From Candidatus Poribacteria bacterium (GTDB taxonomy: Bacteria > Poribacteria > WGA-4E > WGA-3G), in NCBI GenBank assembly GCA_965205015.1, contig OZ242029.1, positions 1,728,001-1,792,000 of the forward strand: DNA of 64,000 nt, given 5' to 3'. The notes under the pieces are model-generated. The model worked only from the letters and a program-made list of their open reading frames with translations, was not told the DNA's origin and searched no databases. Each line of letters opens with the position of its first letter. Position 1 is the stretch's first letter. The position numbers and the translations under genes were made by a program. Of this stretch, positions 28,837-38,926 are shown one piece after another.

Positions 28837-29205
28837 TTTCTATCTCCTTGGTCATAATTAACATTCTATACCAACAACACCTATATAGAAAGTTGTTGCT
28901 TGCGTAAATTTTATAGTGAAGCCCACAATTATTTAAACTTTGTCTCACCCTTTTATAATTAAAGACACAGTTTTAGACAAAAAGGTTGCATAATGTCAAA
29001 GAGTGGGAAAATTTCAATTTTATAGCAAAGTCGAAAAATAAGTTAACACCTCAGGGAGTAGCAGCACCATCCTGCATCCCGCTGGCGAGGTTTCTAACCT
29101 CGCCCCAGTGTCCACGTAATTGTGGGACTTACTATAATCTAAAAGTTGGGAATTTTACTTACGAGAGATCCTAAATAGGTTGGTCAGTCTAAATTTTGTA
29201 GTATG

Positions 29206-29233
29206 GCAGGAGCGAGCTGGCGCTCGCTCCTGC
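29206..29233. repeat. Perfect 12-bp palindrome (REP-like or terminator)
   Basis: GCAGGAGCGAGC-TGGC-GCTCGCTCCTGC, preceded by GTAG. Confidence 0.6.
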
Positions 29234-29359
29234 AGAAGATCGGGCAGCGCAGAATCCAAATGCATTTTAAATAATTTTTACCCGTAATTTTAAGGTGGAC
29301 AATCCATTAGACTTGCATTAGGTAGGATTGTGGACACAAATCCCTATTAAAAAATTAGC

Positions 29360-30073
29360 CTACTGTCGCTTCAGACGAATTTTGCCGGCAGCGGAGGACA
29401 ATTTCAGTAGCGGTCCACCCCCGTTAAGTGTTCCCTTTAATCTATTTTCTATGGTGTCACCTTGAGGTTGGATAGGGAAGTCGCTTGAGATTTTCCCTTG
29501 GGTTTGCGCGTCTATGTCAACGGCAATATCGGGGTGGAGCGTGACATCTATCGCTCCATCCATGGATGTGTGCAAGGTCCACGGATGTTGCGGTTGTACT
29601 GTCATTTCCGCACGGATATCTCCACCAGAGGCAGTTTTGAGCGTGACATTATACGAACGCGGGACTGTCACGTGAACTTCAACCGTCAACCACTTCAATC
29701 CGTCTTGCCAATATTCCCGCCCCTGCTTGAAGTTTCCTTCAACTCGGACATCGGATTCGGTATCTGAATCGTTGTGTTCAATTGTGAACTCAAAATCCTC
29801 AAGCAGGTCATCAATCCATTTACCAAAATTGGGTTTCAATATTCTAAATTTTGAGCTCCAGTCTTTTCTGGCGGTAATATCTACATGATGCTGATCTGTG
29901 GTTTCTATAGTGATCGTACCGTACTCTATGTCAACTGTTAGATGCCCGATAGAATTAACGGGGTACCCTGTCTGTATGACGTGCGAAATTTCCTTAATGC
30001 GTATGATGTAGAGAAGGACAACCACTCCCAGACACAAGATGAGAAAAATGACGAACCGCTTAGATTTTGTCAT
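29360..30073 (-). CDS. DUF4097-like beta-strand repeat protein with N-terminal TM anchor
   Basis: VTVPRSYNVTLKTASGGDI, GTLNGGGPLLKLSSAAGKIRL; appears short in its repeat region. Confidence 0.75.
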   Translation of the reverse strand: MTKSKRFVIFLILCLGVVVLLYIIRIKEISHVIQTGYPVNSIGHLTVDIEYGTITIETTDQHHVDITARKDWSSKFRILKPNFGKWIDDLLEDFEFTIEHNDSDTESDVRVEGNFKQGREYWQDGLKWLTVEVHVTVPRSYNVTLKTASGGDIRAEMTVQPQHPWTLHTSMDGAIDVTLHPDIAVDIDAQTQGKISSDFPIQPQGDTIENRLKGTLNGGGPLLKLSSAAGKIRLKRQ

Positions 30074-30099
30074 TTAAGGATCCTTTTGTCGGAAGCTGT

Positions 30100-30987
30100 T
30101 TATTTGTCCCCCGCATCAGCAGATTTGACTTCATACGTCTTTAATTCAAGGGTTTTGACGGTGGTTGAAACCTTAAATAGAGGATGTGGAGGTGGAGGAA
30201 GCGTTTTCAGAAGGGTATCCTCCCTTTTTTGGTGAAACTTGACGATGCCGACCTCGGGTGCTACCCACAGCGTCGTAACGGATTCGCCGGGCGGATTCAT
30301 GGTCTGGTCAGGAGGAGATGTTTCCACTTTTGTCTCTGTCTGGTATTCAATCTTCAAACAGTTTTCAAAAGTACCGGCGGGTGTCTCAACATCTTCCGTG
30401 CCTAACACTTTGCCTGTTTCAACAATAGTGATTTCAAATATGATTTCTTCAGGAGCTTGTGGTGGATCAGATCGCATCGTAATTTTGGCTTTTATCTGTG
30501 TTGCCTCCCACGCTTCGTCGAAGGTGATAGACGTTGGAAGCACATAGAAAGAGTCTTCCGTCTCTGCTTCGATCTCGTAGAGAAGATCAAATCCCTCCAT
30601 CATCAGCCGTAAAATCGTCCGGAGGGTTCCCATCTCTTTGGTAAGGCGCGCCTTGATCGCTTTCTGTGCCGCATCCCCGACCAAGAACGTAACCTTCTCT
30701 TCACCAACCTTGTAGAAATTCGGATGGATGTGATAGTCATAATTTATCCAATCCTCCAAGGTCGGTTCATAGCTGAAGCTGCTATACGTCTCACCCTCAA
30801 TTTCTCTTTTCTCTACAGCCGACCGTGTTAATTCATTTCCATCCTGATCCTCGTAAACCCAGTAACTTCCAGGTGTCTCTGGAAAATATTGGATAGTTTC
30901 CGATGCATTGCCCATCAGTGCTGCACTGAGTCCACAGACAAGTAAAAGTGTAAAAAAGGTGCGAAATCTTTTCAACATTATAATCAC
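30100..30987 (-). CDS. Exported hypothetical protein (DUF3108/TapB-like)
   Basis: Signal peptide; YFP..PGSYWVY, EDVETPAGTFENCLKI, WVAPEVGIVK. Confidence 0.7.
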   Translation of the reverse strand: MIIMLKRFRTFFTLLLVCGLSAALMGNASETIQYFPETPGSYWVYEDQDGNELTRSAVEKREIEGETYSSFSYEPTLEDWINYDYHIHPNFYKVGEEKVTFLVGDAAQKAIKARLTKEMGTLRTILRLMMEGFDLLYEIEAETEDSFYVLPTSITFDEAWEATQIKAKITMRSDPPQAPEEIIFEITIVETGKVLGTEDVETPAGTFENCLKIEYQTETKVETSPPDQTMNPPGESVTTLWVAPEVGIVKFHQKREDTLLKTLPPPPHPLFKVSTTVKTLELKTYEVKSADAGDK

Positions 30988-31081
30988 GGTTGTTTCTCCT
31001 TTTGTTTGGTGACGAGCCGTTGATGCTCATTAGTGTTGATAGATAAAGTGCCGGGTTCCTTTCAGTATCCTTCGTGGGTGT

Positions 31082-32608
31082 TCACACCTCCGAACGTATA
31101 AAGATAAGAAATGCCCCCGAAAAAAATACGCCGAGGAGTAGAACGAGTAGCAGCAGATCCAAAGTCGCGGTATGGAGCGTATCGCTGAAGGCGATCTTAT
31201 CCTCAAATTTCGGAATCGCCTCACTTGAGAACGGCTTCTCGGACATGCCTTCAGGGATGCCGATGAGATGGCGACTTTGTGTGTCTGCTCTATCGGTTTC
31301 TACGATGAATTGTCGAAATTGTCTTGTGTAATCGTGCACGTGTTCTAAGTATTGCAGATGGCGGTTGAAACCGGTGCCAGCCATTGATTCAAGGGCGTAT
31401 TGGACAATCGCCGCCGGTGAAAACCGGGTCACCCCCCTTGCGCGTTGGACCTGTGCGATTTGTGCGTCTAAATACTCGCGGTTAAAGCGTTCTCGGGTTT
31501 CTACATCTCTGTTGACGAGTTCCGCCTTGAGCACCAGTTCTTCGTCACCTTCGACTTCCCACGCTGCCATGAGTTTTTCTGCTTCGGCTCTGGCAGCTTC
31601 AGGGGACGTTTCAAAAAGCTTCTGAAGTTCATCTAAGTTTAAAAGGTTAGGGGTCTTTTTTTCCTTGATTGCGTTCAATCGGTCATTATAGTCTGTGTCA
31701 ATCTGCTTAAGGGCAGCGTCTCTTGCGGCATGAAATTGATCAATCGTTTGGAGCGGTGGCATCCATTTTGTGGAGAGGGTACCGAGGGTCGACGGCATAA
31801 AAACCACGGTGGCTACCCAAATCAGTAGCAGAATAACCAGACTCACCCGAGGTTCTCGCGTGCCAGCGGAGATCATCAGCCCCAATCCAACAAAGATACC
31901 GGCGTAACTGAAAGCAATTAACAGAATCAACCCCAAACGTCCCCAATCGGCTGCGCTCAGTTGTGTCCAACTGTCGACAGAGATCACCGTCAAATTCAGC
32001 AATACCGCAAAAACGAAAGGAATGAGGACGGTTATTAAGGTGCCGAGGAATTTACCGATTAACAGAACCGGGCGCGAAATCGGATTCGCCAGACACAATC
32101 GCAAGGTTCCCTGCTGTCGCTCGCCAGAAAGCGCGTCGAAGGTGAACAGGAGCGGAATGAAGGAGAGCAGGTAGGTGATAATGAATACCCAATCTATCTT
32201 TGTTGCCTGCGGACGTAAATCTTTCGCGTCTGGATTCGCGGATCCGTAACTCAGCCACCAATTGCTTTTTGCCTTCCACCCCGGACCGCTTTTGGACCAA
32301 GACCCCTCGTTCCCTATATTTCCCGGCAGATAAGCATTGCCGCCATCCGCGATGAAGGCAAGCGAAGAGGGACGTTTGTGAAGTTGACTGGGTCCCTTTT
32401 GCGCTAAGGTGTACAAATCCGTCCGGGATTTCAACTTGTTGAGCGAACCTGTAACATTCTCAGAATAATCACGGATCCTTTCCGAGTGCGTCCGAAGGTG
32501 CACCACGGCGTTGGTAACCATTAAGATGGAGAGTATTACAACGGTTAGAATGAAACGCAGACTATTGATGTGGTCAAAGAGTTCTCGTTTAATGATATGC
32601 CAAATCAT
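31082..32608 (-). CDS. ABC-2 type transporter permease subunit (paralogue of 20612-22174)
   Basis: ATG at 32608 gives MIWHIIKRELFDH; long stretches identical to 20612-22174 (ATKIDWVFIITYLLSFIPLLFTFDALSGER). Confidence 0.9.
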   Translation of the reverse strand: MIWHIIKRELFDHINSLRFILTVVILSILMVTNAVVHLRTHSERIRDYSENVTGSLNKLKSRTDLYTLAQKGPSQLHKRPSSLAFIADGGNAYLPGNIGNEGSWSKSGPGWKAKSNWWLSYGSANPDAKDLRPQATKIDWVFIITYLLSFIPLLFTFDALSGERQQGTLRLCLANPISRPVLLIGKFLGTLITVLIPFVFAVLLNLTVISVDSWTQLSAADWGRLGLILLIAFSYAGIFVGLGLMISAGTREPRVSLVILLLIWVATVVFMPSTLGTLSTKWMPPLQTIDQFHAARDAALKQIDTDYNDRLNAIKEKKTPNLLNLDELQKLFETSPEAARAEAEKLMAAWEVEGDEELVLKAELVNRDVETRERFNREYLDAQIAQVQRARGVTRFSPAAIVQYALESMAGTGFNRHLQYLEHVHDYTRQFRQFIVETDRADTQSRHLIGIPEGMSEKPFSSEAIPKFEDKIAFSDTLHTATLDLLLLVLLLGVFFSGAFLIFIRSEV

Positions 32609-32776
32609 TTTTTTAATGTTCCTTGCGGTTCGATGAAGTTCGTTTGGTAATTGAGGTCCATCTCTGTTGAGCCAGCCCGGCGCGTCGCTTGGACTTACGG
32701 TCTCTAACGAATGCGTGTAGCGGACACAACAAGAAAACACGTTCACTTGAATACTTTGCTCGCGCGCAAGCAACAT

Positions 32777-34264
32777 TTAGACTTCAAGTTTGGTGAAAAT
32801 CAGAAATGTCACCGTGAACACAACCAGGTTGATGAGTAGCAGCAAAAACAGTTCTGGCAGTGCCCGTGTTGCGTTTTCCGAGACATCCGCCCGTGCGAAA
32901 CGGAACTGGGGCAGATCCCACCAGTCTACCGCGCCTTTGTCAGAGGCGAACCATTGCCGACTGCCGAACGCATCTTTGTCATGGAAATAGTCAATAATGG
33001 TGCGGCGGTAACCTTGGACGGCTTGGACGAAATCAGACATACCGTCCAGATCGGTACCTGCCCACGCCGCGGTTGCAAACGTGTACAGACTCGCAGGACT
33101 GAGTTTCATCAGGCGTTCATGCCATATCGCTCGCCGGAGAGAGGTACTCTCTAAAGTCTGTTTTCGGACGAAAGCGATCTGTTCTGCCGAGCGGATGTAC
33201 AAGGCTCCCATAGTGGCATGATACTCTTGAACATGTGGCACGAGAGGGTCTGATTGGTTTGCCAATTTCATATCTATTCCATACCGTCTGTTGTGGCCTC
33301 CCGACGACGAGAAACTATTTGACTGCTTGGTATTTAGATTGAACTTTTGTGGCTTACCTTCAAGCGGACTGTTCGCTAAAAACCCGCTTTCTTCTCTGTC
33401 AACCTCTTCCCATATCTGTTCAATCTGTTGATCGCCTGATGACCGTATGGCGCGCGTATCACCAACGGGGGTGATAGTAAACCGGCTCCAATTCGGATAG
33501 ACAAGCACCAAAGTTACCCACAAAAACATACAGAGCATCAGGGATGTGGCAGTGCGGCGTGTTGCTGTAGAAATCAACAGTCCAATCAGGTAAAATACGG
33601 ACAAGTAGATGCCGGTCGTTAAAACTATCCCACCGATCCGGAGAAAATCCGCTCCATCCAATTGGATCGAACCGACAGTCGATAACAGAATCATGACCAT
33701 CAGGAGACTGATTAGCACCGGGAGCAGCAGACAAACCATTGCCCCAATATATTTGGCAAGCAGGATGGTTCCACGTCGCACTGGGTGGGAGATAACCAAA
33801 CGCAATGTGCCATTTTCCCAATCTCCTGCAATCGCGTCATAAGCGAAGAGCAGTGCCATCAGGCTCAAAACCACTTGAAAAATGAGGACGAGATCGATCT
33901 TTGAAAAGAGGTTCAGGAACGCGTTATCGAGACTTCGCGCCGAGCCGTCCGAAATCAGTGGGACGGAACCGTGGTAAATTTCGAAGGTGCTTCCCAGCCG
34001 CTTATCCAATCCCGCACTAAACAGACTTAAAGGGTTCGGCGGACGTTCAACGGACAGTTTTAAAGTTGAGTACGTTTTCGCCTCCTGCGCTTTCTGACGA
34101 TGTGTATTTTCTTGCTGGTTATATCTCCCTAATCGACGCTCGTAATCTTCGAGAAGGACGACGGCATTGGCGACAACGAGAAGAAGCGTAATCACGACAG
34201 CGGCAAGAAAGCGAGCGCTCATCAGATGGGAGAGGAGTTCTTGACGGATGAGGTTTCGAAACAT
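32777..34264 (-). CDS. ABC-2 type transporter permease subunit (paralogue of 22185-23660)
   Basis: YDAIAGDWENGTLRLVISHPVRR; AAGGAGG RBS. Confidence 0.9.
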   Translation of the reverse strand: MFRNLIRQELLSHLMSARFLAAVVITLLLVVANAVVLLEDYERRLGRYNQQENTHRQKAQEAKTYSTLKLSVERPPNPLSLFSAGLDKRLGSTFEIYHGSVPLISDGSARSLDNAFLNLFSKIDLVLIFQVVLSLMALLFAYDAIAGDWENGTLRLVISHPVRRGTILLAKYIGAMVCLLLPVLISLLMVMILLSTVGSIQLDGADFLRIGGIVLTTGIYLSVFYLIGLLISTATRRTATSLMLCMFLWVTLVLVYPNWSRFTITPVGDTRAIRSSGDQQIEQIWEEVDREESGFLANSPLEGKPQKFNLNTKQSNSFSSSGGHNRRYGIDMKLANQSDPLVPHVQEYHATMGALYIRSAEQIAFVRKQTLESTSLRRAIWHERLMKLSPASLYTFATAAWAGTDLDGMSDFVQAVQGYRRTIIDYFHDKDAFGSRQWFASDKGAVDWWDLPQFRFARADVSENATRALPELFLLLLINLVVFTVTFLIFTKLEV

Positions 34265-34395
34265 GGTGCCTCCTTACTTAAAAGTTTCGGGTTTGTCTAT
34301 TAGAGACGCTTGAAATGAAAAGGATAGTAAAAACGACGCGGGATAGAAAAAGAGGAGGATTTTCCGATTGGAATCTGCGCAGTGTGGAAGTTGAA

Positions 34396-34760
34396 TTAAA
34401 TATCAGATCGGAAGAATTTCAGGAATGCCACGGTCGTCGAATAATCCCAGTACGCGTCATTCCAAGATAACCCGGCAAGGCATCCCCTAATCCGTTTGCG
34501 AATACGCTTAAAGGTGACGGTTTCAGGAAAAGCTTAGAAACTTCCAGCTCCGGTTTCAATTCGATCTTCGGGTTCATCGTGGTTTCTTCGATGTTTGCGA
34601 GTTTAACGGCTTCTTGATAGTCAACGAGGTTTTGTTGGTAGTGTCGATAATTAATAGAGAGGGTGAGCGGAATGAGTAAGAGACACATCAAAAGGAGCGC
34701 GACAAATCGGACGCTCAGAATATGATGCATCATCTCTTTTTGAATGAGCGTCGTTAACAT
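34396..34760 (-). pseudogene. ABC permease pseudogene with a large internal deletion
   Basis: The first ~107 codons match 35740-37170, then join out of frame to the terminal TTVAFLKFFRSDI-stop (paralogue ends TTVAFLKFFRLDI). Confidence 0.85.
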
Positions 34761-34801
34761 CTGGTACGCTCCTTATGTGGTGGACAAGGTATACCTATGT
34801 C

Positions 34802-35608
34802 CTACAGAGGTGGATAGGGTGATGTCTTTCTCATGTTCCGCTTTGGCGTGTTCGGCGATGGTTTGGGAGTCTTGGCTCGTTCGAATTCCGTCTTGATCCG
34901 TTCAAGTTGTGCTTTGGTACGTTCAAGCCTTTTTTGATTGTGGGGAATCTCAAGTTCTATAAAGCTTTCAAGTTGCGCCTTGATGCGCTCAAGTTGCACT
35001 TCGGTGCGTTCAATCCATGCCTTGTCCCGTTCTTCAGCTTGTTTCTTGGTGCGTTTAACCTGTTTCAAAGTTTCCTTGACCTTGGCGCGAATGTGCTTGT
35101 TTGCCAACTTATCAATATAAGCGGTTTTGTATATTTTCCAGTCTTTTGTCGGTGAAATACTGGAAAGTTTAAGCGTGCGAAGATTCGGGTTGTCCTCCAA
35201 AAATGCCAAAGTATGCCGTTTTGACAGATAGATCCTATAATCGTCGAAATTCTCTATAGTGATACCTCTCTCTAAAAGCATCTGAAGCCATTCTACTCGT
35301 GGATATCTCGTATCGATTTCGCCACTAATTGCAAACTCACTTTTATAAATACCATCCCCGCTAAAAGATGCGATCACCGTCGTTTTTGAATACTTTCGGT
35401 TGTACGCCGCATCGAAGGCGTTCATCAATCCCTTCACGGTTTGCGGTCCGTCGTATGCTTCAGGGATGGTATCTGGTGCGGGTGACCTGCCTTCTATCGA
35501 TTCCATGAAGAAATTAACTGTTTGCGAATTCGCTTGGAACCCCCAGAGAGCCATAATACCCAAAACGGTCAAAAATGTGAACATTTTAACAACGTTTTTA
35601 CTTCTCAT
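34802..35608 (-). CDS. Exported hypothetical protein with C-terminal coiled coil
   Basis: AAAGGAGG RBS before ATG at 35608; signal-like N-terminus; heptad repeats of the form LERIKAQ. Confidence 0.7.
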   Translation of the reverse strand: MRSKNVVKMFTFLTVLGIMALWGFQANSQTVNFFMESIEGRSPAPDTIPEAYDGPQTVKGLMNAFDAAYNRKYSKTTVIASFSGDGIYKSEFAISGEIDTRYPRVEWLQMLLERGITIENFDDYRIYLSKRHTLAFLEDNPNLRTLKLSSISPTKDWKIYKTAYIDKLANKHIRAKVKETLKQVKRTKKQAEERDKAWIERTEVQLERIKAQLESFIELEIPHNQKRLERTKAQLERIKTEFERAKTPKPSPNTPKRNMRKTSPYPPL

Positions 35609-35739
35609 TTTCGTTATACCTCCTTTGTTAGTGTTGACTGGTTTAAACCGATTTCTCCTTAGAAATGGAGTCTCTATAATTAATGATCCAATATGTGGGT
35701 GAAAAGGGTGCATAATTTCAGAACCGGCTAATGTGCACA

Positions 35740-37170
35740 TCAAATATCCAACCTGAAGAATTTCAGAAACGCCACGGTCGTCAATACGACTCCAAAGAAA
35801 CAGAGGAGCAGCACATCTATTGCTGATTGACGGAACGTTTCTCCTAAGGTAGTTGTCGCCAAAGGGGGCGGTTGTGTAATTTTGACAATATCCGTCTCTG
35901 GGTTGTACATCCTCATACTTGCATGATCTACAATTTTACTGAACAGATCCGTATGGAGTTCATTATAGTAACGCTCGCCGGCTTGATAGTAATTGTTCAT
36001 TTTTCGTTTTCCTGTCTGTGTCAAGTTCGTGGCGAGATAGATAAGGGAGGATGTCGGCGTGATTCGAGAAAGTGTCTCACCGACCTGTTCTTGTCGTGCC
36101 GTTTCACGTTTGTAATCCCGATCAAGTTTATCCGCCTGCTCTTGGAATTTCTGTTGATATTCTTCTTCCAAAGGCTTCATGCGTTCATCAACTTCGTTTA
36201 GTACATCTCCGGCTATGACTCTGGCAACGTGACCCGCCGCGGACATCTCCTCTGCGGGTGTCTCCATGATAATTTTCATTTTTTCCTCTTGGAGCGCCGC
36301 GTCAAAATCGTCTCGCATCGCTTTCTTTTCCATATAGACGCTCTGTGAAGTTCGTGCGGGTGCGATAACTTTCGCTGCAAGAAAACCGACGCGGGGCGTA
36401 ATCAGCACAGCAAACACCCAGACAGTAAAGACGACGATGAGGGCTGTCTTGGCACTGTCTAAATAGGTGGAAATGACGGTTCCTATCGCAAAAAACACCC
36501 CAATGTAGAGGAGCGAGATACCTGTTAAGCTGAGAACCCGTGGAAAAATATCAGGCTCACCGAGCGGGAACCCTTGCCAGACAAGCACGAGTAAACCGAA
36601 CAGCAGCGATACCAAAAACGGAACTACAAACACAAGGTAGCCACCGATTAACTTGCTCCATAAGAAGATGTCCCGCGGCAGCGAATTTGCTAAGGTAACT
36701 CGCAGGGTCCCTATCTCTCGCTCGCCTGCGACGGCATCAAATGTGAACAGCAGGGCAAGCAAGCTGAAAACAGTACCTACCACAAACAGAAAGTCGAGAT
36801 GACCTAAAAGTTCGGAGAGAGGCGAAGAAAATGTTGTTGGGGGTCCCTGTGTAATTCCATTGCGCGTCATTCCAAGATAACTTGGGAGTGAGTCCTCTAA
36901 TCCCTTTGCAAAGACGCTCAAAGGTGTCGGTTTGAGGATAAGTTTGGAAACTTCCAGCTCCGGTTCCAGCGGCATCTTCGGGTTTACCCTAGTCTCTTCG
37001 ATGTTCGCCAGTTTCACGGCTTCTTGGTAGTCAACAATGTTTTGGTGATAGCTCCGATAATTGATAAAAAGCGTAAATGGAACAAGTAGGAGACACATCA
37101 GAAGGAGCGCGACAAACCGAACACTGAGAACATGATGCATTATCTCTTTTTGGATAAGCGTTCGTAGCAT
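35740..37170 (-). CDS. ABC-2 type transporter permease subunit
   Basis: FDAVAGEREIGTLRVTLANSLPR...SKLIGG, multiple TM segments. Confidence 0.9.
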   Translation of the reverse strand: MLRTLIQKEIMHHVLSVRFVALLLMCLLLVPFTLFINYRSYHQNIVDYQEAVKLANIEETRVNPKMPLEPELEVSKLILKPTPLSVFAKGLEDSLPSYLGMTRNGITQGPPTTFSSPLSELLGHLDFLFVVGTVFSLLALLFTFDAVAGEREIGTLRVTLANSLPRDIFLWSKLIGGYLVFVVPFLVSLLFGLLVLVWQGFPLGEPDIFPRVLSLTGISLLYIGVFFAIGTVISTYLDSAKTALIVVFTVWVFAVLITPRVGFLAAKVIAPARTSQSVYMEKKAMRDDFDAALQEEKMKIIMETPAEEMSAAGHVARVIAGDVLNEVDERMKPLEEEYQQKFQEQADKLDRDYKRETARQEQVGETLSRITPTSSLIYLATNLTQTGKRKMNNYYQAGERYYNELHTDLFSKIVDHASMRMYNPETDIVKITQPPPLATTTLGETFRQSAIDVLLLCFFGVVLTTVAFLKFFRLDI

Positions 37171-37219
37171 ATTTTACCTCTAATCCCAAAAATCTTGGTT
37201 CAGACAATTAAAACCAGCA

Positions 37220-38812
37220 TTACCGAATTAAACTTTTAATCTTCGTTGAAAGGTTCTCTGGATCCAAGTCTATAAACACATCTTTGACGACCAGTTCTCT
37301 ATTTAAAAGGAGGGTTATGAGTTCCGTTTGCGGTTCGGAGGTATCTCGGTTGAGGAGCGTTTGTATATTGAGGAGCGTCTGCATCTGGTCGTTTTTATCC
37401 ATCCAGATGGGCATCGAAAGTTGGTGTCTCTCTTTGAACGCCGCAATCGCCTTCACGGAACCGCTGGTGCTAATCCCAACTGCTTGTAATTGGGGGGCAT
37501 CGTAGTTTGAAAGCCGTTTCTCTATCTGTTTTAACTTCGGCCCACAAGTGGTAGAATCTGGTGAAAAAAGGTTCACAAGGACAAACTTGCCGCGGAGTGC
37601 CTCTAACTTAACGGGTTGTCCTGAAAGGTCAGTCAGCGCGATGTCTGGCATCGGTTTGCCCAATAGGAGTGCCAATTCTTCCTGATCTATAGACACGGGG
37701 GATGTCGGTGTCAATTGCTTGAGCAGTGCTTTTCCTTCTACGGAGTCAAAAAACGCTTCACCCAATTGCTCTTCCAATTGCTCTTTAAGTTTCGCCTCTA
37801 AGTTGTCCGAGGGATGGATTTGGAAGGTGATCCTTTTTACCATTTTGGGGTTCTTGAGCAGCTGCGCTTCCATTTGCTTTCTGACTTCTGCGGGTAAACC
37901 CTCCGGCAGTTGCGTTTGGGTGGAAATCATTTTTACGATTGTTCTGTCATAGATGTTTCTTTGCGGTCCGTTTCGATAAAGTTTTCCACTGACGCTTAGG
38001 TTCAGCAGATGATGCTGGCAGCGCACGATGGGTACCATATCGCCCTCTATTTCCAATAGAAATTCCTGTCCTGCCTTCTGTTCGGGACGAAATTCATAGA
38101 GATAACTACACGGCAGGATCGGGTCCGATGCACCTTCGGTGAGAACTCCTGGACTTCCTGCTGTTGGATCCGCAGGACAAAGTAGCACTTTTTTCTTCAG
38201 GTATTCTGGAGAAAGTTCGGAAAGCCATTGCGGTTCCGTCCCTACCTCAGCGCGGTGGTTTTCGAGAGCAAGCTGTATTTGTCTTAAATTCTCTCGGCAG
38301 GTCTGAATCTCTTTGGAATTGTCAAGGGGCTGTTTTTCTGAGGGTGAGGCTAACTCATAAGGGTAGAGGTCTGCTAAGAGGAGGCGGTTCAAACGGATTA
38401 AATCTCCACCGCTTTGCGGATTTCGCGCAAGGAGCTCTTGGGTCTGTTCACTGAGTTCGATATTAGCAAGATGTTGTGCATCGTAGAGGGAGGGAACCTG
38501 GAGCAATCGGTTCAAGTCGTCGAGCAGTGCTTTCTGAAAAGCCGGGGAAGGGATACTTATACCATCATATGCATCCAGCAGCCTCTGGGTCTCCGCAGAC
38601 AATTGTGTGGCTATAGGTTTGGATACCGCAGCGCGCGGGTCTTGAAGTTTCACTGCCAAGCTGCCGGGATCTTTAAGATCTTTACTGTGAAACAGAAGTT
38701 GATTTCCATCTGCGGGGACAACTGAAGTCAGACTCAGTAGGATGGCAATCAGAAACGTTGCGATTGTGTTCAGTAGGACGCGAACCTTCAATCGTCCGAG
38801 TGTGTCTGGCAT
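37220..38812 (-). CDS. Exported protein with a C-terminal TlpA/redoxin-like domain (SxxC site)
   Basis: Signal peptide; GKPMPDIALTDLSGQPVKLEALRGKFVLVNLF-SPDSTTC; the central CRENLRQIQLAL...LLCPAD...CSY segment resembles pseudopilin/DUF1559-type segments. Confidence 0.75.
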   Translation of the reverse strand: MPDTLGRLKVRVLLNTIATFLIAILLSLTSVVPADGNQLLFHSKDLKDPGSLAVKLQDPRAAVSKPIATQLSAETQRLLDAYDGISIPSPAFQKALLDDLNRLLQVPSLYDAQHLANIELSEQTQELLARNPQSGGDLIRLNRLLLADLYPYELASPSEKQPLDNSKEIQTCRENLRQIQLALENHRAEVGTEPQWLSELSPEYLKKKVLLCPADPTAGSPGVLTEGASDPILPCSYLYEFRPEQKAGQEFLLEIEGDMVPIVRCQHHLLNLSVSGKLYRNGPQRNIYDRTIVKMISTQTQLPEGLPAEVRKQMEAQLLKNPKMVKRITFQIHPSDNLEAKLKEQLEEQLGEAFFDSVEGKALLKQLTPTSPVSIDQEELALLLGKPMPDIALTDLSGQPVKLEALRGKFVLVNLFSPDSTTCGPKLKQIEKRLSNYDAPQLQAVGISTSGSVKAIAAFKERHQLSMPIWMDKNDQMQTLLNIQTLLNRDTSEPQTELITLLLNRELVVKDVFIDLDPENLSTKIKSLIR

Positions 38813-38926
38813 ATTCGAATCTCCTTAGCACTTACAATTGTGTAAGGCGCAGTGTCGTATTATCGGATTGCACACCCCCTTTCCAAAAAAGTTCCCGCAA
38901 AAATAATTGGTATAAAAACCGCAGTG

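Noticed and set aside
29360-30073. DUF4097 gene as an internally deleted pseudogene
   Set aside because: The repeat region looks short, but the frame and both termini are intact and no paralogue is available here for comparison.
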